The notes under the pieces: generated by a model
Seen by the model: only the letters and a program-made list of their open reading frames with translations
Database searches by the model: none
Told to the model about the DNA's origin: nothing
Made by a program: the position numbers and the translations under genes
Assembly (NCBI RefSeq): GCF_006345805.1
Contig: NC_043012.1
Coordinates: 42,966,001-43,030,000 of the forward strand
Length of the DNA: 64,000 nucleotides
Source: Octopus sinensis
Lineage: Eukaryota
Direction of reading: 5' to 3'
Part shown: piece after piece, positions 1 through 11,857 of the stretch
Position numbering within the stretch: the first letter of the stretch is position 1
Layout: every line of letters starts with the position of its first letter

Positions 1-925
1 AGAATTCAAGGTGGAGGTTGGGGTCCAGTCCTCAGCCCCTCCAATTTATCATAGTCCTCCAGGCAATAACGGAGGAATTCCAGACAGGATGCCCCTGGGA
101 GCTCCTCTATGCTGATGACCTTGCTCTAATTGCGGAGTCACTATCAGAACAAGAGAAGTTTCAAGTGTGGAAACAAGGATTAGAATCAACCAAGCTAAAA
201 CCAAAGTCCTAATAAGTAGGAAGGCAGGTATACTACAAATCCCTTCAGGTAGATGGCCCTGCTCGATCTGTAGTAGAGGCGTAGGTAGAAACTCCATAAG
301 ATGTACCAAGTGTAAGCTATGGACACATAAGAGGTGCAGTAATATCAAGGGAAGGCTAACTGGGAAGATAGTTTTTGTATGTAGCAGATGCCCGGGAGCG
401 ATAAACACTGAAAATGCGCAGAGACCAACTTCCAGGGAGAAAAACTAGAAGTAGTTGATAGCTTCCGTGACCTAGTTAGTAGTGAGGGAGGGTGTGCTGA
501 AAGTGTAGCTGCTAGAATAAGAATAGCTTGAGCAAAGTTCAGAGAGCTCCTACTTCTGCAGATGACAAAGGGCCTCTCGCTCAGAGTAGAAGGTAGACTG
601 TATGATGCATGTGTAGAAACAGCCATGCTACATGGCAGTGAAACATGGGCTGTGACTGCTGAGGATATGCGTAAGCTCGCAAGGAATTAAGCCAGTATGA
701 GCCGATGGATGGGTAATGTCAGTGTGCATACTCAACAGAGTGTAAGTACCTCGAGAGAAAAGTTGGACCTAAGAAGCATTAGATATGGTGTGCAAGAGAG
801 ACAACTGCGTTGGTATGGTGATGTGGTGAGAATGGATGAGGATAGCTGTGTGAAAAAGTACCACACCCTAGCCGTTGAGGGAACCTGTGGTAGAGGTAGA
901 CCCAGGAAGATCTGTGATGAAGTCT
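1..925 (+). mobile_element. RTE-clade LINE, 3' RT/C-terminal fragment, decayed, cut by the window edge
   Basis: ORFs give CPWELLYADDLALIAESL (RT YADD motif), WPCSICSRGVGRNSIRCTKCKLWTHKRC and LRWYGDVVRMDEDS..GRGRPRK. Closely similar to the longer copy at 16262-19140. Several stops and frameshifts. Confidence 0.9.
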
Positions 926-1299
926 ACCAAGTAGGTAATCAGTCATCCAGTTAGCACCACTCCTGTAATTGTTGTAAATCCAGATTTATAAGTGGTGTAC
1001 CATCTGTATCCACATGTAGATAGAAAAATAACTTGCCTCTTGTATAGTTTATGTGTATCTTTATGTAATCGTTTTGTTACGTTTGTATCTAAAATGTTGT
1101 GAATAAAAATGTAAAATGCTGCCTGCAATGAATTAATATTGTTCATTATTAAACATTAAAATCTACTCCACAGTGAATGCAATACATTTTTAAAATTGTG
1201 AGAATTTGGAAATTTCTTAGAATATAAATTTATAAAAATATTTCCAGACGGCCAACCTTCTAATATTGCTTTCTTTTAGTAACTGTTATATACCCAAGT

Positions 1300-3591
1300 C
1301 AGTGGTTCCCAAACTTTTTAGAGTCGTGACCCACTATTTATCACACCAGTTTATGACGACCCACTTAACTCTAACGAGTAAAAACATTAATGAAATTAAC
1401 AAATTTATTCCAGATTACATCTTCAGTGAGAAGGATGAGCCTGTTTCTTGCTACGCTCAATAATAGAATTAACATCAGGTTCAATGCGTGATAGTTTCAG
1501 GCGTAAAGAATTTGAGAGTTGCAGTTTATTTCGATATTTGCTTTTAATCCCAACCATTGCTGAAAATCCAGCTTCATAAATATAAGATGACGTGAAAAGG
1601 AGAAGTACATTTAATGCTTCGGTGGAAATGATTGGGTACAAGGTTTGAAGAGACGCCCAGAACTGTACCAATCTTCGGGTGATATTCCAGTCGTCACGTC
1701 AGGCTGAAAGGGGGTTCATAATCCATCTTTTCTGTGGCATAGTATTCATCACTTTATGAAAATAAAATTCAAAACTTTCATTTAACTTACCTCGAATTTT
1801 CTCATGAATTGCAAATATACTGATACCTTCTGTTCCTTGTAAATACAAATTCAGGTCGTTTAATTTCGAAAAAATATCTGCCAAATACATAACCCTCAGA
1901 ACAAATATTTCACAAAATTGCTTTTATCTTCTAAAAATATAGCTACTTCTTCGCGGAGTTCTGCAAGTCTTGTTAACACTTTTCCCCTAGAGAGCCATCG
2001 TATTTCTGTGTGCAAAAGAAGTGATTTATGATCACTTCCCACATCTCAAAATAGGCGCAATTGCAAAGGCTTTGACTTAAAGTTCATTATTTTGACTGAA
2101 GTATTCAAAACACTTTCAAAATTATCAGTTATGTGTTTTGATACTAACGTTGCCATGTGAAGGTTACAGTGAGCCCATGATGCATTGGGATTAAGTTCAA
2201 GTATTCTGGTCACCACACCACTATTTCTACCACACATAGCCCGTGTGCCGTCTGTACATATTCCAACACACTTTTGCTCTAATATAAGTATCAACTGTAT
2301 TAAAAATTTCATCGCTGGTACTTCGAGTGACAGGTTCATGAGGTACTAAGTTCCATATGTAACATACAAAAACACGTAGCTGGCACAAACCTTGTACGTC
2401 AGTAGATTCATCGAGTTGTAAAGAAAAAAAAAGACTTCCACGAATCCGTTCAATAACTTGATTTTCTACCCATTGAGACATTTCATCGATTCAATTTCTT
2501 GTTCACTCTCATCACCAAAGAAAACTTTAACTGTATCTTTTACAACTTGAAGAACTAAAGCCTCCCCAATTGTGTGTGGCTTACCAGTTTTTGCGATTCT
2601 TAAACTGACCAAGTAAGACATACAGAGATTTTTCATTTACTTTGGTATAATGTTGCATAACGCTCTGTCCTATCTTTAACTTGGTTAACATTCGCTCAAA
2701 AAAATCGAGAGGCTTGTCTTTTAACTCCGAGTGCTTAGTCTCAAGATGACGATGCATGCTCTCGGTTGCAAGTTGTTCATAACAAATGATGCATCGTGGA
2801 TCTTCTTCAACTCCATTCCATGTAAATCTCATTTTTAAGTACTCGTAATCATACTTTCTTAATACCTTTCTTTGTTTCGATTCACCGTCATCAGCTTCAA
2901 CTGACTTTTTTAACCATTTATCCATAATATGAAGGACTGAGTAAATACGAAAAAATCGAATTTAGGACAGATAATTTCGACTTACCGAGAGATTTGACAG
3001 AATTAAAATACGTTTGGGATCATGCGAACTTCTGCAATTAATGATAAACGTCATTTCAATCGATGTGATGCCATTTAAACCGTTTATCTGATAGACTCTA
3101 TTGATCTATCTACCGTCTAGCTGCTGTCTATTCCAATCATTTCATTGGCCTCCTGGTGATCACTCCCATACTTTTTAAATAATTCATAAACTTACTAGTG
3201 AAATCCATAATGTCTTATTTATTTCATTTTTTTGCTAGTTATATTAAATGTGAAACAAAACGTTTTATAACTGTTTCAACGTCTCTATACCCTATGTGTA
3301 AATACTAACACTAATACAAAACCTTGAAGTAGTAACTGTTATCGGCTCGATCAGTGTTATACTTCACCTAGTTAAAGTTCTCTATAAATAGGTAAAAACA
3401 GACCTTTCTTTTTTATGATTACATACGAATAAATAACCTCTGATTTGTTAAGTTCGTGAAAAAGCCTAATGCTTGATAAAACAAGTCTGGTATTGAAAAC
3501 ATAAGTCTTGAACTATCTCGATAGACAGCAGTTAATCAAAGCTAATGCGTAATTTTATAACTCTTTGCGACCCATAGTTTGGGAACCACTG
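1300..3591 (-). mobile_element. hAT (Buster/Charlie-like) DNA transposon, internally deleted, transposase pseudogene
   Basis: TIRs CAGTGGTTCCCAAACT (1300) and AGTTTGGGAACCACTG (3576-3591). 8-bp TSD ACCCAAGT/ACCTAAGT with 1 mismatch. Minus-strand fragments: BED finger (PRCIICYEQL..RHLETKH), LQLDESTDV, CTDGTRAM, and a C-terminal EAGFSAMVGIKSKYRNKL dimerisation motif. Confidence 0.92.
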
Positions 3592-4009
3592 ACCTAAGTA
3601 ATAAGTGGCTTTCTCCATTATAGTATATATTTACTGAAATAAGTAAAAGATAAGCTAACACAGCTGCAGGTCACTAAAAAGCAATATCATGTGGGATGTA
3701 TTTTCCATCTAGACCATGCCAGGATGAGGAAGACAGATACAAATGAAATAAAACATCTCAGCCCCTTCATTACTAAGCCCACCATAAATACTCATTCATA
3801 TTTTAACCCTTCAACATCGATTGTCAAATGTAATGCTTATTTATTCACACTGCATTGCATTATCTCACAGCTTTGAGAATTTGGTGATGAGATTATTTAT
3901 ATTTTAGTATGACACTCTAGGTTTGGTGTAAGAGATCATTTGGCCAGATATGTTTTAAATGCTAAAGGGTTCATGAGAATCTCACTGTAGAAAATAGATG
4001 CCAAGGGGG

Positions 4010-4560
4010 GATACCTAGTAGTGGATAGCTTTTATTACCTAGGTAACCAAGTCAGCAGCAGAGGTGGATGCTTAAGAGCATAGCTGCGAGAATAAGAATA
4101 AGCTGGACAAAGTTCAGAGCTTCTCCCTCGGGGTGATGCCTGGGTGTAAGAAACCATGCTGCATGGCAGCGACTGCAAAGGCTTGAAAGAAAGACGCCTA
4201 GTATGCTGCACTGGATGTGCATGTACAACATAGTGTGTCTTGAGAGAAAAATTAAGAATAAGATATGGTGCGCAAGTGAGGACTACACTTGTAAGGTTAC
4301 ATAATGCGTATGAAGGACAGCTGTGGAAGACATGGAACAAGGTGGTGAAGCATGATCGCCAAATATGGGATCTCATGGAGGCAATGACAAATGACTGAGA
4401 CCTTTGGTGATTTGCTGTGCTCGAGAAGACTCAGCACAAGCCAAATGAAAGCCAGAGTTAGTGACACATAAAAGCACCACTCTCAGAGTGGTTGGTGTCA
4501 GGAAGGTATCCAGCCATAGAAACCAAACCAAAATTAGATTGGAACCTGTTGTAGCTCTCT
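4010..4560 (+). mobile_element. Heavily decayed RTE LINE 3' fragment
   Basis: Matches the RTE C-terminus elsewhere in the window (gtggatagcttt..ttacctaggtaaccaagtcagcagc; ccatgctgcatggcag; gatttgctgtgctcgagaagac). Confidence 0.7.
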
Positions 4561-4596
4561 AGCTTACCAATCAATTTTTCTTGTACACATAGACGT

Positions 4597-4920
4597 AGGA
4601 GTGGCAAGTAGCTTGCTTACCAACCACATGGTTCTGGGTTCATTCCCACTGCGTGGCACCTTGGGTAACTGTCTTCTACTATAGCCTCTGGCCGACCAAA
4701 GCCTTGTGAGTGGATTTGGTAGACGGAAACTGAAAGAAGCCCGTCGTATATATATGTGTGCGTGTCTGTGTTTATGTCCCCGTAACTTAGCGGTTCGGCA
4801 AAAAAGACCGATAGAATAAGTACTAGGCTTACAAAGAATAAGTCCTGGGGTCAATTTGCTCGACTAAAGGTGCTCCAGCATGGCCACAGTCAAATGACTG
4901 AAACAAGTAAAAGAGTAAAG
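4597..4920 (+). mobile_element. tRNA-derived SINE (family also at about 9985-10170, 24605-25040, 53290-53420)
   Basis: B-box-like GGTTCATTCCC head, internal (TA)/(TG) tract, and a body (tccccgtaacttagcggttcggca..ccagcatggcc..gaaacaagtaaaag) repeated in several copies in the window. Confidence 0.7.
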
Positions 4921-5173
4921 TTAAATTAGCTAATAACATGTTCTCTATTTTATTGACTTTATCTGCTTTGAGACAAAAATTATGAAATAGATTTGGTTAA
5001 GAACCTATTATTAAACCAGTCCAAATTCACAATTATCCTAGAATTTAGTTGAAACAAGATAGTGTATTTTGGATAGAAATATAATAATGAAAGAGTTAAA
5101 ACCTGTAAAGCTATCTCCTACACATTGCAAACATCTAATTAAATAAGAAACACTATTGTCAAGGGTTCACAAA

Positions 5174-5179
5174 TTTATT
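5174..5179 (-). terminator. RPS11: RPS11 polyadenylation signal AATAAA
   Basis: TTTATT on the plus strand, 15 nt past the stop codon. Confidence 0.7.
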
Positions 5180-5194
5180 GATGTAACTCATACA

Positions 5195-5318
5195 TTAGAA
5201 TTTAGAGAATGATTTCTTGCCAGATGAACCTTTTGAGACTTTCAATACATTGAATCGTACTGTCTTGCTCAGCGGTCTACATTCACCCATAGTCACAACA
5301 TCTCCAATTTGCACATCC
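5195..5318 (-). CDS. RPS11: 40S ribosomal protein S11 (uS17), exon 4 ([41 protein letters not shown])
   Basis: Acceptor ttatttctccag; phase matches exon 3; recognisable RPS11 C-terminus ending in TAA. Confidence 0.97.
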
Positions 5319-5403
5319 CTGGAGAAATAAAGGCAAAATTAATATATGGGAAAAACACTAAAATAAATAAATTGCAAATGGTTTCAAATATAAAAATTCT
5401 TAC

Positions 5404-5609
5404 CTAAAACAAGGACTCATATGCACAGACATATTTTTATGTCTTTTTTCGAATCTATTGTATTTCTTTACATAGTGGAGATAATCCCTTCTTACAACAA
5501 TTGTTCTTGTCATTTTCATTTTAAGAACAGTGCCAGTAAGGATGCGCCCACGAATACTAACATTACCAGTGAATGGACACTTTTTGTCAATGTAAGTTCC
5601 CTCAATGGC
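5404..5609 (-). CDS. RPS11: RPS11 exon 3 ([26 protein letters not shown]...[13 protein letters not shown])
   Basis: Near-identical to the metazoan RPS11 core; ttttacag acceptor and gtaag donor. Confidence 0.98.
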
Positions 5610-5702
5610 CTGTAAAATAGAAATAAAACAGTTGTGCAATCTAACTAGAAATAATCATATAATATTGCATTCACACACGCACCAAGACATAAATATAAGT
5701 AC

Positions 5703-5834
5703 CTCTTTCGGGGTTTTGAAACCAAGTCCAACATTCCGTACATATCTCAAAGATTTCTTCTGCTTTTTAGTGGTTTTAAGCACTTCTTTTCTGTTTAAGA
5801 ATACCGTTGGCTGCTTTTGAAACGATCTTTCAGT
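5703..5834 (-). CDS. RPS11: RPS11 exon 2 (TERSFQKQPTVFLNRKEVLKTTKKQKKSLRYVRNVGLGFKTPKE)
   Basis: 132 bp, 44 codons; ttttag acceptor and gtactt donor; QKQP and GLGFKTP motifs. Confidence 0.97.
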
Positions 5835-5929
5835 CTAAAATATAAGAAGCAGTATAAATAATTGAGCTTTAAACTTTAGAAGTCAAACTAAACAACAGGT
5901 CAACATTTAGAAGCCAAAACTGCCCAACC

Positions 5930-6620
5930 CATGCCAGCACAAAAGGCAGACATTGATGAGGCTTCACCCCAAGCTTACAAAGCATACTGGAGAGTAATAG
6001 ACATCTTGGGACCTGCACCTGAAGAAATCACGTCAGCTGCTGATGGTGGTGCAACACACACATACAACGATTGTATTGGAAGGAGCTTTGCCAGCACTAT
6101 TGGTCTTTCCTCCTGTTGAGTGCACTTTTCTTTGGTAGCAAGTTCCTGTTCCCCCCTTTGCAGTATATCTCCTGCGTGGGCAACCATTTGTGACCTCCCA
6201 TCTCAGGACATTCAGATCAAGCAACCACATACCTCTCTAGCAGATGTCCTGGAAACGAAAAATGAGGTTGTCCTCATGTTGCTGGCTAATTCCCCATATA
6301 GGAGTTCTTTTGGGATGCTGTTGTAGCAGAGTGACTGCCAAGGCATGGTTGAGGACTTAGGTGTTGTGGCCGGTCCACTTGATATCCAAGATGCATCACA
6401 AATTACGAAAGTGGAAGATATTGAGATGCTGCTGTCTCGAGTAGAGGCTTCACGTCTCACTGCTGCAGTGTAGTAAGGATTTTATCATATTCATTGGAGA
6501 TGATTGCCATTTCTCTAATTAGCACACACACATCTAGCAACAGACTCTAGGACATATTTTCTGACATCTAAGGTATACGATCCACACTTAGCACACCCAC
6601 CATTAGATCCCAGGATGATG
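5930..6620 (-). mobile_element. Old RTE-type LINE remnant in RPS11 intron 1
   Basis: Minus-strand IPKELLYGELAS, a typical RTE post-RT motif, within a frameshifted ORF remnant. Confidence 0.6.
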
Positions 6621-7326
6621 TAGGATAGTTGAATCTGTCATTTCTATTAATGACCCGACTCAAAGAATTGCATTCTACAAGACATTTATGTCATATCACA
6701 AATGACATGAATTCAACAACTCAACTCCCTGCATCTGCGGGGTTGGTCGACAACTCTGAGTGTTGCAACCAACCTATGTTCCTTTTACCATGGAATAGAG
6801 TATCCAAAGGAGGAATGTGGAGGCGCGCTGCTTGCCACCGATATCGGAGCATCAGACAAGATTCATCTTTTTAGATACCCATCTACCATTGAATCTCCTG
6901 TTAAGAGTTGATGTATTACTAGGCTGAGATGGATAGCAAATATGATCTTGCAATTGATGGACCCAAGTTCATGCACAGGAAGTAACATCACAAGCATTTA
7001 TCGGCAAGGCCAGAGATTTCTGAATATGCAAGAAAGTACGTTTTCAAAATTTTAAATTCAATAAGCATATAGATGTGTATAAAGAGATTCACAATGGAAT
7101 TAACAAAATCCATTATCAATATTAGCCGTCCAGTGGTATGATTATATTCGCCCGCATTTGCATTGGAGGCTGCAACACTTCATCCGGCTCTAGGATTCTT
7201 CCTCTGCAGTGTAATCGGTTTGTTGGTGCAGATTTAGGTTTTCATATTTGGGTGGCCGAATGTTACTAACTCTCAAAAGATATATGCATATGTATCTATG
7301 TACGCAAATATAAAAGATAATGGGGC

Positions 7327-7492
7327 ACTACTTGAGAATAATGGTCCCGGTTCGCGCACTCGCCGCAGCTAGTCATGACTAGTCGATCCTTACTTTGTGT
7401 TTTATTTACTTTGCTAGGTAGTCGTTGCAGGATCGACTAGTTACGACTAGCTAGCGCGGATGCGCGCACCGGGACCACTGTTCTCAAGTAGT
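7327..7492. mobile_element. 166-bp foldback/MITE-like palindromic element (second, interrupted copy at 7761-8353)
   Basis: Ends ACTACTTGAGAATAATGGTCCCGG and CCGGGACCACTGTTCTCAAGTAGT; inner arms ctagtcgatcct/aggatcgactag. Confidence 0.75.
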
Positions 7493-7852
7493 ACCAATAA
7501 TGGGTGCGTGACCGCGCCCGCACACAAAAACACATTTCATGGCGAAAGTATAGAATGCGTACACCCGGTGTACGTATTCTTTATGTCCGCCCATTTCATA
7601 TATATGTACATACATCTTACACTTTCTCCTCTCACTTCCAAGGAAATGTCGCCGTCCACGTGTCATGAAATCAAAATAAATAAAAATTTTCACGCAAATT
7701 AACGAATAACCAATTGACGTAATTTTGACAGTCATGCTGCTAAAGGGAAAAAAGTCCAGCACTATTTAAGAGTGGTCTCGGTGCGCGCACTCGCGTAAGC
7801 TAGTCGATCCTTACTTTATGTTTTTGTTTTATTTACTTTGTTTTAAAAAAAC

Positions 7853-8234
7853 TTTTTTTCGGTTTGAACGGCAGTTTTTCTAGCTGTGTCATATGAAATC
7901 GTCACCCATAATATCGATCTATTGCATTTCAATCAATTTTAGGGTTAGGGGTGGGGAGAAGGGTATCTTTTTTCTTCACAAATGTAAATAAACCCACTCT
8001 TTCTTAAACGAGAGACATATTCATACGGCACAGATTGTTGTTTACCTCAATAGACGTCAGTGATTAGTCGAAATTGCAGAAAAAAAAATGAAATATCTTG
8101 CAAACTATAGAATTTTCTGAATAGAGCCAAGAGAAAAAGATGTTTTATAAACACATTCTACCAGTATACGAAGTTTAAATTTTTTAGTTACCTAGAAATT
8201 GTGTTAAAAACTGCTGTTCAAACCAAAAAGATCC
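7853..8234. mobile_element. Non-autonomous TIR element nested in the second foldback copy
   Basis: TIRs tttttcggtttgaacggcagttttt / aaaaactgctgttcaaaccaaaaa; same family as 15807-19246. Confidence 0.7.
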
Positions 8235-9119
8235 GTGTAAAAAATCATTTATTTTGTGTGATATTTACTACTTGCTAGGTAGTCAGTGTAGGATCGACCA
8301 GTCACGACTAGCTAGCGCGGATGCGCGCTCCGGGACCACTGTTCTCAAGTAGTAACAAAAATGCAATGGCGTTAACTTTCGTTTCTCAAAAATATAACTA
8401 CCATTGCCTTCACTTTTCAACTGCAACGGAAAACGCGACTCACTCTTCTGTAATTTTACAGTGAGACTCTTTTTCTCTTTACTCAGAATAGGAATCTACG
8501 ATGGTTGAAACATCCGCAAGAAATTAAGTTATTTAGCGTAAAAGATCCTCACCCGGGATCTTTAGAGTGACCAATAATTTCCGACTCCATTCTTTAGGAA
8601 TGCAGTTCAATATTTAAAAAAGAAAATCAAATTCTTCAATCTACGGATAATAAAAGGGTCTACTTCAAAGTTATGTGTACGAACGGATGATGACTTTGCA
8701 TTTACAGATTGAAAAATTGTCGTTTTTTTAAATTTTTCAGACCGAATTAAAATTATTTTAATGAACACGTGGAGAAAGTCAAAGTTTAAAAGAAGCGCTA
8801 GAACAATGAAACGAAGTCTCCTTTTCCAATTCTTTTAACTTTGATAAACTTCAAAAATTTACGATTTCTGTTCTGGATAAATGAGCGAAAATGTGTTATT
8901 TTCTATTTTCTGGCTTCAAAAACCATTGAACCTCACGTGTCTAACGAGAAAAGCACAGATTGAAGGGAATTCATTGAAATCTTTATAAATATATCAGACA
9001 AAAACTTTCGAAGCAATTAACGACATTAAGAAAACGAAAATACAAGACATAAATAGCAGAACCTAATCTAATAATGTTGAAAAGGAAGGAATTTTCGGTT
9101 GGAATCGGAGGAAACTTAC

Positions 9120-9131
9120 CTGATCGGCCAT
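9120..9131 (-). CDS. RPS11: RPS11 exon 1 coding part (MADQ)
   Basis: ATG GCC GAT CAG followed by a gtaagt donor and preceded by the pyrimidine tract ccctctcacatcctttcc (5'TOP/TCT-like). Spliced CDS is 12+132+206+124 = 474 nt, 157 aa plus stop. Confidence 0.93.
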
Positions 9132-9286
9132 GATCGCAGTTTGGAAAGGATGTGAGAGGGCGCTGTAGCTGTGCGCATGCTTACGGAAATAACATCCGGT
9201 TGATTGGACTGCCCTCAAGTGTGAATGTACGGAAGTAATCTTACTAAGGGGAGGCAACTCATAAGACATTTCGTTCCACGTGAAAC
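9132..9286. promoter_or_regulatory. Compact bidirectional promoter/5'UTR region shared by RPS11 and NDUFV3
   Basis: 155 bp between divergent ATGs. Contains a TOP/TCT-like tract (9143-9160), NRF1-like TGCGCATGC (9172-9180), ETS-like CGGAAAT (9184), CATCCGGT (9193) and CGGAAGT (9230), inverted CCAAT (9203) and E-box CACGTG (9277). Confidence 0.75.
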
Positions 9287-9355
9287 ATGTCTGGGATTGA
9301 AAAAGTCGCTCCTTTACTGTTAAGGGGATCAAAGCAAATGAGATTTCCGATACGG
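9287..9355 (+). CDS. NDUFV3: Probable NDUFV3 exon 1, mitochondrial presequence-like (MSGIEKVAPLLLRGSKQMRFPIR)
   Basis: ATG, 23 codons, gtaaat donor in phase 0. Basic, acid-poor peptide; joins to VFC to give an R-x-F|C cleavage-like motif. Confidence 0.7.
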
Positions 9356-10399
9356 GTAAATTTATTTATTTTTATTTCTTCAATGTCACATTTCAACGAG
9401 TTTCTTGATTGAAAATAACCTCCTAAAATCATAACTTATGAAAAAAAAAAAGAACTGCATATTCTAGTCAGTGCGCGGAAACAATGTCGCGAAAACTGTG
9501 TTTATTAGAAATATGATCGGCGCCAATATTAAAATACTTTCTTTCAACTTTATAGTGTGCAGGATATCCTCTAGCAAGCTGGAATTCTGGTTTAAGGACC
9601 CCACATAACCACTCGTAACTTTAAAAAAATTTTTATTTTGTCGTGTTTTCTTTCGTTCTTCACGTATCTGTAAGAATTTGTTCTCTATTTTTGCTATTTT
9701 TGTTCCTTTAGAAATAATTGCTAATAATAATAATTATAGTGAAGGGAAATCTGTGTTTCCTACTTATCACGAATAGAATAAATTCTGGCTGTTAGAAAAG
9801 TGTAATTAAAACTTTTCGCAGCCTTAGCTGTTCACCTTCAGCAATTGTCTCTTCCCAGTTTACTGCTTCATACCCTTCAAACGTTCACGAATGTGACTTT
9901 GGTAAATATTTCGTTAAGGGCCCGTTCCTACCTTGATGTGAAATAATTTTTTTCCACAGGTTTTTACGAAATATTTACCTTATGAACGAGCACTGCTTGA
10001 CAAGGGTGTCGGTGTGTTTACGTCCCCGTAAAATAGCGGTTCGGTATAAAATACCGACAGAATAAATACGAGGCTTAAAAAAAAAGTACTGGGCTCGATT
10101 CGTTCGGCTAAAATTCTCCAAGGCGATGCCCCAGCATGGCTATAATATTATGATTTAAACAATTAAAGGATAAATGAATTGACACAAGATTTAAAAGTGA
10201 CTTTGAACGTCAAAGTCAGTAAGAACGAGCGAGAATTGTAGGAGTTGCTTCCCCTGTGTCTATCAGTGACAAGATTTTGTCTGGTAAGGATGAAACGAAG
10301 ATAAATTTTGAAGTAGGATTTTCTACATAAAATTATAATAGTTTTATGTTTGTTAAAAACAGAATGTTTTGTAAAAAATAACTTTCAGTGACACTACTT

Positions 10400-10822
10400 T
10401 AAGTATTAATGTGTATGTCGTCTGAAAAGTTCAATGTTTTCCAAGGTGGTTGCAGGACATCCAGACCTTGGGTCATCTTCAACACTATCCCTTCCTCTCT
10501 TAAATTCAGCAACCCATTTTTGCGCTGTTGATGAAGCTGGAGTGTTATCCTTTAACATAGCAACTATGTCAGCATGAATATACGTTGAGGCTAAAACCTT
10601 TTTCTGCAGAGACTTAATAACACCACGGTGGCAAATTTTGCCCATTTTCAAATCAAATTGCTACTAGTTTTAAAGTCGTCTTTGAACAGTGAGATGTCAG
10701 TTACCTGGAAAGAAACAATGCAGTTATTGATAAGAAGAGTTGAAATTAATGCATGCAAAATTTCACTGCCGTAGCATCACTCCTTCATAGTCAACCTATG
10801 AACTTTTCAGCCCACCCTTGTA
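10400..10822 (-). mobile_element. Mariner transposon 5' remnant
   Basis: TIR TACAAGGGTGGGCTGAAAAGTTCATAGGTTGA on the minus strand; HTH peptide HRGVIKSLQKK..WVAEFKRGRDSVEDDPRSG. Confidence 0.8.
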
Positions 10823-11857
10823 TATTATTTTTGGTAAATATTTTAACTTCATTGCTTAGGTGATCATTGTTTGCAGTGTATCACTTTGATGTTCAAAAAA
10901 CCTAAAAATATTTTCATCCTAATTTTCTATCACTGGTTATAGATATCCAATTCCTTCCCTTGACAAAAGTGGACTTTGTTTAAAAAATACTTGTTTTTTT
11001 TTTCTCCTTGCTAATTTCATAAAAGTAAATATCGTAACCTTTAGGTGAAGCATCATCAGTGACTGTCGGTATCAAAAAGGACTAAAAAAAATAGCTTAGC
11101 TTTCTTGAATTATGGAAACAAAGGCTCTAAAATAGGTTATGGGTGGGTCTTCTCGAGCTCAGTGAATTACCATTCATCTTGATCTTTTGTCATTTCCTTC
11201 ATGAAACTCAACATCATGAGGTCAGTCTTCACTATTGAATTCCCAATGGCAATTTTCAGGATGAGTTCAAATTATGCGAGAAGGTTGGACTGAATTATAA
11301 GTACAAGCCTGGTTCATGTCTTCTCAGTCTCACTGGCTTGGGTTGACCTGAGGTTGTGGTAAAGGACACATGTGCAACACACAAGCAGGTGAGGTTGAGC
11401 TTAGGCCCTCATGTTTCTGAAGTAAATTCTTTATCCACCCAGCCTTGCCTGAATCTATATTTAAGATTACATGGCAATAACTGACTTAATTCATAGATTA
11501 CCAGACTTGCAGTATTTAGTTGCATCCCTTTACCTTCTCAGTTCAAATCCTGTGGACATTGACATTACTTTTTATTGGGATTAATAAAATATGTTACTAG
11601 GCCTAATTAAAGCAACTGAATTGAATTACCCTCACTCTACACAACAGGAAAGTTTAAACTTTCATACCAACATTTAGAAATCAATATATTTTGGATTTCA
11701 AAGTGCAACAAGGCTAATTAAGTGTAATACAGGGAGAAATAGCAATTTTTGACCTGTAGATCTTGTGTAAATCTTATAAAAAGAAAAAAAGTAAGTTAAA
11801 CTAAAGCCTTAGATAACATTAAAAAAAATTTTTTTATTGTCTTTTAATTTTTTATAG

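Noticed and set aside
5319-9119. Intronic snoRNA in RPS11 (vertebrate RPS11 hosts a C/D snoRNA)
   Set aside because: I found no properly spaced box C (RTGATGA) and box D (CTGA) with a terminal stem by eye. A snoRNA covariance search is needed to exclude it.
9960-10005. Possible short alternative NDUFV3 exon 2 (ccacag|GTTTTTACG..AAG G|gtgtcg, phase 0 to 1)
   Set aside because: The acceptor is good and the phase is right, but the donor is weak and the 3' half lies in a SINE. Unsupported without RNA data.
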